Shown here piece by piece: positions 59,005 to 64,000 of a stretch of 64,000 bases of DNA. Position 1 is the stretch's first letter. Every line of letters begins with the position of its first letter. Below the pieces are notes generated by a model that had not been told where the DNA came from, searched no databases, and saw only the letters and a list, made by a program, of their open reading frames with translations. The stretch is from a bacterium (GTDB lineage Bacteria; SAR324; XYD2-FULL-50-16): assembly GCA_032250835.1 (NCBI GenBank), contig JAVVEA010000008.1:1-64000 (forward strand), written 5' to 3'. The position numbers and the translations under genes are program-made.

Positions 59005-60321
59005 ATGCAACTTACCGGTATGAGATGGGGCAGGAAGCTGCTGGAAACGGTGGACTTCCCTTCCGCCGATGTGCTGACCGAAGACGCCTCTCATGAGGAA
59101 ATCGCTGCGCTAATCAAGAAGTCCCCGGCCAAAAAGGTCGTTGTTAAGCCCGTCTTTTTGGGCGGTGTGGGCAAAAAAGGCAAAGCCGGTTTGGTGCGCA
59201 TCAGCAGTAACGTCTACGAGGCCCAACAGGCCAAGCGAGACCTCTTCTTTGCCCGTCATACCTTTGGCAACCACACGGTACAAGCCAACGGCGTCACCTT
59301 CGAAGAGTTCATCCCCTCGGAATTTGAGATTTACGTCTCCATCGCCATGTCCACCGAGCACCGCGCTCCGGTGATGATCTTAACCCACGAAGGCGGTATC
59401 GACATCGAGGAATTGCCTCTGTCGCGCAAGAAGATCATCAGCTTCAACCCGGCCACGGGCATCAAGGCGTTCCATATCAACGACGCCTTGATCGAATTGG
59501 GTGCCCCTCAGGAGATCATCAGCCCGCTGGTTCAGCACCTGCCTAAGTTGTGGGAACTGTACAACAACTACGGCCTGACCATGTTAGAGATCAACCCGAT
59601 CCGCATGGGCAGCGTCAAAGGCCGCTTGGTTCCCTTCGCCTGCGACATTAAGGCTCAGTTCGACCAGGACGACCCGGCCCATAGCCGCATCAACTTCCCC
59701 GAAGAGATCTTCAGCACCGAATTCACCGAATTCGAAGCCGAAATCAACATGCTGCGCACCTATCAGGGTCAGTCCGATGTGGTGGAATTAAACCCCAACG
59801 GAACGATCCTTCCCTTTATGTTCGGTGGCGGTGCCAACTCGGCGGCTACTGAAATTTTGGGCGAGAAGGCGATTGTGTCTTCTGACTTCGGCGGCAACCC
59901 GCCCTATGCTAAGATGCGCGACATCGCCGACATCAGCTTCAAACACTGGTTACACCAAGCCCGCGTAGTCTTGGTGATCGGTGGTAAAGCCAACAACACC
60001 GACATCTTTGTGACCCTCAAGGCCATCTTCGACGGCCTCAAGGACCATATCGATAAAAACCCGAACATCCACGTGGTTGTGGGTCGCGGCGGTCCGAATG
60101 TGATCCAGGGCATGGCTTATGGCCGTGACGTCTTGGATAATCTGGGCGTGCCCTACCGCTTCTTTGGCCACGACTCGAGTATGATCCGGGTGCTCAACTA
60201 CGCATTGGAATTGGACGATTGGCTCGCTACGGGCGGCAAAAAGGGCGCGGCACCGGCTGCCCCCAAGAAGGCCGCTGCTAAGCCCGCGGCTAAGAAGCCC
60301 GCTAAGAAAGCCAAGAAATAA
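59005..60321 (+). CDS. aclB: ATP citrate lyase, ATP-grasp/citrate-binding subunit
   Basis: ATP-grasp KPVF..GVGKKGKAG, EGGIDIE, EINP; FGGGANS, DFGGNP and IGGKANNTDI. Confidence 0.85.
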   Translation: MQLTGMRWGRKLLETVDFPSADVLTEDASHEEIAALIKKSPAKKVVVKPVFLGGVGKKGKAGLVRISSNVYEAQQAKRDLFFARHTFGNHTVQANGVTFEEFIPSEFEIYVSIAMSTEHRAPVMILTHEGGIDIEELPLSRKKIISFNPATGIKAFHINDALIELGAPQEIISPLVQHLPKLWELYNNYGLTMLEINPIRMGSVKGRLVPFACDIKAQFDQDDPAHSRINFPEEIFSTEFTEFEAEINMLRTYQGQSDVVELNPNGTILPFMFGGGANSAATEILGEKAIVSSDFGGNPPYAKMRDIADISFKHWLHQARVVLVIGGKANNTDIFVTLKAIFDGLKDHIDKNPNIHVVVGRGGPNVIQGMAYGRDVLDNLGVPYRFFGHDSSMIRVLNYALELDDWLATGGKKGAAPAAPKKAAAKPAAKKPAKKAKK

Positions 60322-60351
60322 TCACCCAACCCGATACGCTAGGAGCAATCA

Positions 60352-63078
60352 ATGGCTAAGAAGAACCAAAATCCCTTTCCTTATTATGTAGGCGTTCATT
60401 CGCTCAAGGAATTGGCTAATAAGGACACCCGGGTTTGTGTGATGAACATCCTGGGCAATGAGTCGCGCACCGTCACCCCGACGAGCCACGAATATTCCGG
60501 CGGCAACATTGTTGCCGGGGTTCAGTTTGGCCGCAGTGGCCAGTCGCTGGAAACCGCCAAGGGCGACATTCCGGTTTTTGGCTCCGTCAAGGAAGTGGTG
60601 GATTCAGGCAATCATTTCGACACCGGCGTGATCTACCTGCCCCCTTCGGCGGTAAACTACGCGGTTAGTGAGATGTGCAAGCACAACCACGACCTAAAGA
60701 AACTCATCATCTTAACCGAAAAGATCGGCGTGCGTGATGCCCGTATGATCCGTTGGGGCTGCCAGCAGCGCGGCATCGACGTCTTTGGTGGTAACTGTTT
60801 GGGTATCGCCAACGCTTGGGACAAAGTCCGCGTTGGGGGTGCCTTGGGCGGCGACAAGCCCGCTGAATCCCTCAAGAAGGGTTCGGTGGCGATCTATTCA
60901 AACTCCGGTAACTTCTCGACCACCATCAGCGAGTACCTTAAGACCGCCGGTTACGGAACCAGCACCATCTTAAGTTCCGGTAAGGACGTGATCATCCACT
61001 TCGCCTTGGCCGAATTCCTCTACTGCGCCGAGAACGACCCCCGCACCGAAGCGGTAGTGGTCTACATCGAGCCCGGTGGATATTATGAGAAGCAGGCTAT
61101 CGACTGGATTGCCGAGAACAAGTTTAAGTTCACCAAGCCGATTATCGCTTGTGTGACCGGACGCTGGAAAGCCAACATCACCCGTGCTTGCGGCCACGCA
61201 GGGGCGTTGGCCGGTTCGGGCGACGATGCCCTGGCTAAAGAGAAGTGGTTTGATGACTACTTCGGTGTGGGTCTCTTCAACCCCGAAAAGCCTAAGGTTA
61301 GCCCCAAGGGCGTGCGTATCGCCTCGATTCAGGATGTGCCTTTGGCCATGACTGCGGTGATGAAGAAGCTGGGCGGTAAGCCCGACTTCCCGCCGGTCGG
61401 CGACTTGAGCCTTAAGCCTTGGTTTGTTAACGACCAAAAGGTTGATTACCCCAAGAACCTTAAGCTGCCTTTGGTTAAGGCCATTGAGCCCTACGGCGAG
61501 CAGATCGAATCGGTCAGTAAGCAGGTCGGCGCGCAACTGCCCCGCGAAGGCATGCGCAATCGCTCGGGCGCGACCCGCATGGACCCCAAGACCCAGGTCA
61601 CCCAGGTTCACGGCGTCCCCTTGTTGGACTTGGTCCAGCATCCCTTTGGTGACACCAACTTCTTTGCCTTGACCAAAGAAATGCCCGCCAAGGGCTTCGG
61701 CAAGCTCGGCAACTTGGTGCTCAACTATTACATCTGCGAGGCTGCCCAGTCGGTCGGCGCTTCCATGGTCGGCCGTGCCAACGGCGCGACCCCCAACGCC
61801 TATATCGCCGCTGAAGTTTTGCTGCAGGGCGACAAAAGCCTCTTTAAAGGGGTCCGCGCAGATATGAACGTGCTGATCGACGCCTTCTATCCTTTGATCG
61901 GTAAGGAGCAAGCTTCCAATAAGTCGGCGGTGGATAAGGTCCTCAAAAGCAAGCTGGACATTGCCGAAGGCAAGAACAGCAAGATGCAAGCGACCGCTGC
62001 TGAATTTATTTTAAGCCAAGCCAAGAAGTACAAGGCCAACACGGTCTTTACCGACTTTGCCGAGGCTTACTTGGCAAAAAACAAAAAGGCCTGCGGCATC
62101 AGCTTGGCTTTGGCTTCGGCCATGCTCAGCATCAGCTGGCCTTCCTTAACCAACCGCCGCATCACCCGTGACGCAGCCGTTGAGATGGGCACCTATTTGG
62201 GTGTGCATGGGGTGATTGTGGCTTCGGCTCCTTCGAATGGCGAAACCAACAAGCACTTCAACGCGCTCAAGACCCTCAAGGACCCCAAAGTCTTAGAGAC
62301 GGACTTTACCGAGACCTGTTTCCAAATCCTCTTCGACCGCAAGCCCGTCGGTGACAACGAGTTGTTCGCGCTCAACGCTATGTTGAACCTGACCATCTCT
62401 AACGGACCCGGCACCATCAGCGGCAAGGGCGCTAAAGAGAGTGTATCGGCTAAAAACCAAATCCCCGTAACCTACGCTGGCTTTATGGCCAACACAGGTC
62501 TGGCCCACGGTGGCAACGGTTTTGAGGCCGTCAAGTTCTTGATCGAGCAGTTCGCCAAACTGGATCCCTACAAGGCCCAAAAAGGCTTGGATAAGAAGTT
62601 GGCCGATTTGGCCGCCGGGACCGCCGCGACCTACTTGGAATACAAGAAAAAGGCTAAGGCCACCGGCGACATGCAGTACATGAAAATCCCCTGCATCAAC
62701 CACCCGGTCTTTAAGGGCAAGTCCGTCAACATCGACCCCCGCGAAGAGTTTATTTATAACCTCTTTGCAGGCCGGAAGATGAGCAATCCCTTCCAAGAGT
62801 ATTACCACGTGTTGGTGAAGAAATTGGCAGAGATCGGCGCGACCAAGAACCAATTCTGCGTCAACATCGACGCGGTGATCGCCACCATCAGCTTGGAGTT
62901 GTTCTGGGATCAGTTCAAGTCCGGCAAGGTGACCGAGGCCCAGATGCAGGATTTGGTCTTCATCATGTTCCTCTTCTCGCGCATGGTGGGTACCGCGGCC
63001 GAGGTAGCCGACCACCGCTCGAGGGGCACCGATATGGACTGCCGCACCCCGGCCTCACAGTGTGAGTACGTGGTTTAA
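60352..63078 (+). CDS. aclA: ATP citrate lyase, large subunit (SucD-like plus citryl-CoA lyase domains)
   Basis: GGNCLG, SNSGN, phospho-His CGHAGA; C-terminal citrate-synthase-like AHGGN, NHPVFK, DPRE and NIDAVI. Confidence 0.87.
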   Translation: MAKKNQNPFPYYVGVHSLKELANKDTRVCVMNILGNESRTVTPTSHEYSGGNIVAGVQFGRSGQSLETAKGDIPVFGSVKEVVDSGNHFDTGVIYLPPSAVNYAVSEMCKHNHDLKKLIILTEKIGVRDARMIRWGCQQRGIDVFGGNCLGIANAWDKVRVGGALGGDKPAESLKKGSVAIYSNSGNFSTTISEYLKTAGYGTSTILSSGKDVIIHFALAEFLYCAENDPRTEAVVVYIEPGGYYEKQAIDWIAENKFKFTKPIIACVTGRWKANITRACGHAGALAGSGDDALAKEKWFDDYFGVGLFNPEKPKVSPKGVRIASIQDVPLAMTAVMKKLGGKPDFPPVGDLSLKPWFVNDQKVDYPKNLKLPLVKAIEPYGEQIESVSKQVGAQLPREGMRNRSGATRMDPKTQVTQVHGVPLLDLVQHPFGDTNFFALTKEMPAKGFGKLGNLVLNYYICEAAQSVGASMVGRANGATPNAYIAAEVLLQGDKSLFKGVRADMNVLIDAFYPLIGKEQASNKSAVDKVLKSKLDIAEGKNSKMQATAAEFILSQAKKYKANTVFTDFAEAYLAKNKKACGISLALASAMLSISWPSLTNRRITRDAAVEMGTYLGVHGVIVASAPSNGETNKHFNALKTLKDPKVLETDFTETCFQILFDRKPVGDNELFALNAMLNLTISNGPGTISGKGAKESVSAKNQIPVTYAGFMANTGLAHGGNGFEAVKFLIEQFAKLDPYKAQKGLDKKLADLAAGTAATYLEYKKKAKATGDMQYMKIPCINHPVFKGKSVNIDPREEFIYNLFAGRKMSNPFQEYYHVLVKKLAEIGATKNQFCVNIDAVIATISLELFWDQFKSGKVTEAQMQDLVFIMFLFSRMVGTAAEVADHRSRGTDMDCRTPASQCEYVV

Positions 63079-63117
63079 GTCCCTTGATTTGGGCCGCTTG
63101 AGGGCGGCCTGATGATT

Positions 63118-63163
63118 AAAAAAAAAGGCCCCTCTTACCTTTGCGCGGTAAGAGGGGCCTTTT
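63118..63163 (+). terminator. Intrinsic terminator after the acl operon
   Basis: aaaaggcccctcttacc...ggtaagaggggcctttt. Confidence 0.85.
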
Positions 63164-63240
63164 TGGTTGGTCGGCACTTCTCTTGTCGCGCCCTGTCCTT
63201 TCTGGTAGGATAAAAAGAAAACCCCTGTACAGGAGGCAGC

Positions 63241-63546
63241 ATGAACGACGAAACTTTAGAGGTGGTCAGTACTGAAGAAGCGCGGCTGGAATTAGAAAAG
63301 TTGGGCCCCGGCTGGACGGTGACCGTAGAAGGGCACTTGAGCCGCTTGCAGGGTATGCCCAACTTTTCAGCCGGGCTCAAGTGGGTCAACCAGATCGGTG
63401 AGGTGGCCGAGGAATTAAACCACCACCCGGACATCTACTTGAGTTTTAAGCAGGTCCGGTTGGATTTATATAGCCACAAGCTAGAAGGACTCTGTCAGGC
63501 CGACTTCACCTTGGCCCACAAGATCGACCAACTGGACCCCCATTAA
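63241..63546 (+). CDS. Pterin-4-alpha-carbinolamine dehydratase
   Basis: AEELNHHPDI, SH...GL...DF.LA.KID. Confidence 0.9.
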   Translation: MNDETLEVVSTEEARLELEKLGPGWTVTVEGHLSRLQGMPNFSAGLKWVNQIGEVAEELNHHPDIYLSFKQVRLDLYSHKLEGLCQADFTLAHKIDQLDPH

Positions 63547-64000
63547 CCCTGCGGGGCTATCAGGTAAGGCTCGACTAGGGTGCGGACCATGACCATCGAC
63601 TGCGCCATGCGTTCCTTGGTGCTCTCTTGTCCGCTCAGGACTAAGTAAGGATTCCAGAAGATCGAAACGAGCCAGATGATTTGCACTAGTTGGTCCACCC
63701 TTTCCTCAGGTATCGGGCGGACCAGTCGGTTTTCGATCATCCCTAAGATGGTCCCTTTGATTTGGGCCTGACGTATCGCTTGCCTTTCCAGAAAGGCTTG
63801 GCGGAGCGCTTCGGATTGGAGCAGGTTGGCGGTCTCTCGACTGAAGAAGCGGTACTTCCACTCGGATTCGCTGATCTGGTTGAAATAAAGCTCCATATCT
63901 TCGAAGCTGCTGGGCACAAAGGTTGTTGAAGCCCCTTCCATAACCTCATCAAAACAGCATTCCATTTCTTCGAACAAGGTCAGGATAATCGCTTCTTTGT
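63543..64000 (-). CDS. TetR-family regulator, C-terminal part (5' end outside the window)
   Basis: Frame continues to the window edge (KEAIILTLF, as at the end of a TetR HTH); WKYRFFSRE. Confidence 0.6.
   Translation of the reverse strand, partial: KEAIILTLFEEMECCFDEVMEGASTTFVPSSFEDMELYFNQISESEWKYRFFSRETANLLQSEALRQAFLERQAIRQAQIKGTILGMIENRLVRPIPEERVDQLVQIIWLVSIFWNPYLVLSGQESTKERMAQSMVMVRTLVEPYLIAPQG

Noticed and set aside
59005-63078. Succinyl-CoA synthetase sucCD
   Set aside because: The second subunit is 908 aa with a citrate-synthase-like C-terminal domain; SucD is about 290 aa.

Overview
Bacterial chromosomal window, about 55-60% GC by eye. The gene content suggests a motile, probably microaerophilic chemolithoautotroph; a SAR324/Lambdaproteobacteria-like placement is only an impression and was not tested. 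1-13 kb: a tandem array of five full flagellins, fliS and one terminally truncated flagellin-like gene, separated by unusually long, hairpin-dense non-coding spacers. The most striking signal is here. The ~750-nt region upstream of flagellin 4 carries about 14 stem-loops with ANGGAN-type loops, and the region upstream of flagellin 3 carries about 8. This is CsrB/RsmZ-like CsrA-binding architecture joined directly to flagellin ribosome-binding sites, with site number graded across the paralogs. A 32-bp-periodic palindromic repeat tract lies just upstream of the larger array. 13.6-32.4 kb: mostly housekeeping genes (ispE, DsbA-like, REC-REC-HD-GYP, radA, RsmB-type methyltransferase, hpf, gloB, folK, IHF, acyltransferase, mutM, recQ). 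32-47 kb: an ABC exporter, a decaheme cytochrome c with a His-bearing membrane partner behind an OmpR/PhoB-type promoter, a FixL-type PAS hybrid kinase, a RhuM-Fic pseudogene, a CsoR/RcnR-DmeF-HupE metal islet, and two ODP di-iron proteins with a mini chemoreceptor-like protein. 47-64 kb: CCA enzyme, tlyA, pentapeptide-repeat proteins, rbgA, a K+-dependent membrane pyrophosphatase, a lipoprotein plus fibre-like protein pair, and a two-subunit ATP citrate lyase (reverse TCA marker). No rRNA, tRNA, CRISPR array or intact mobile element was recognised.
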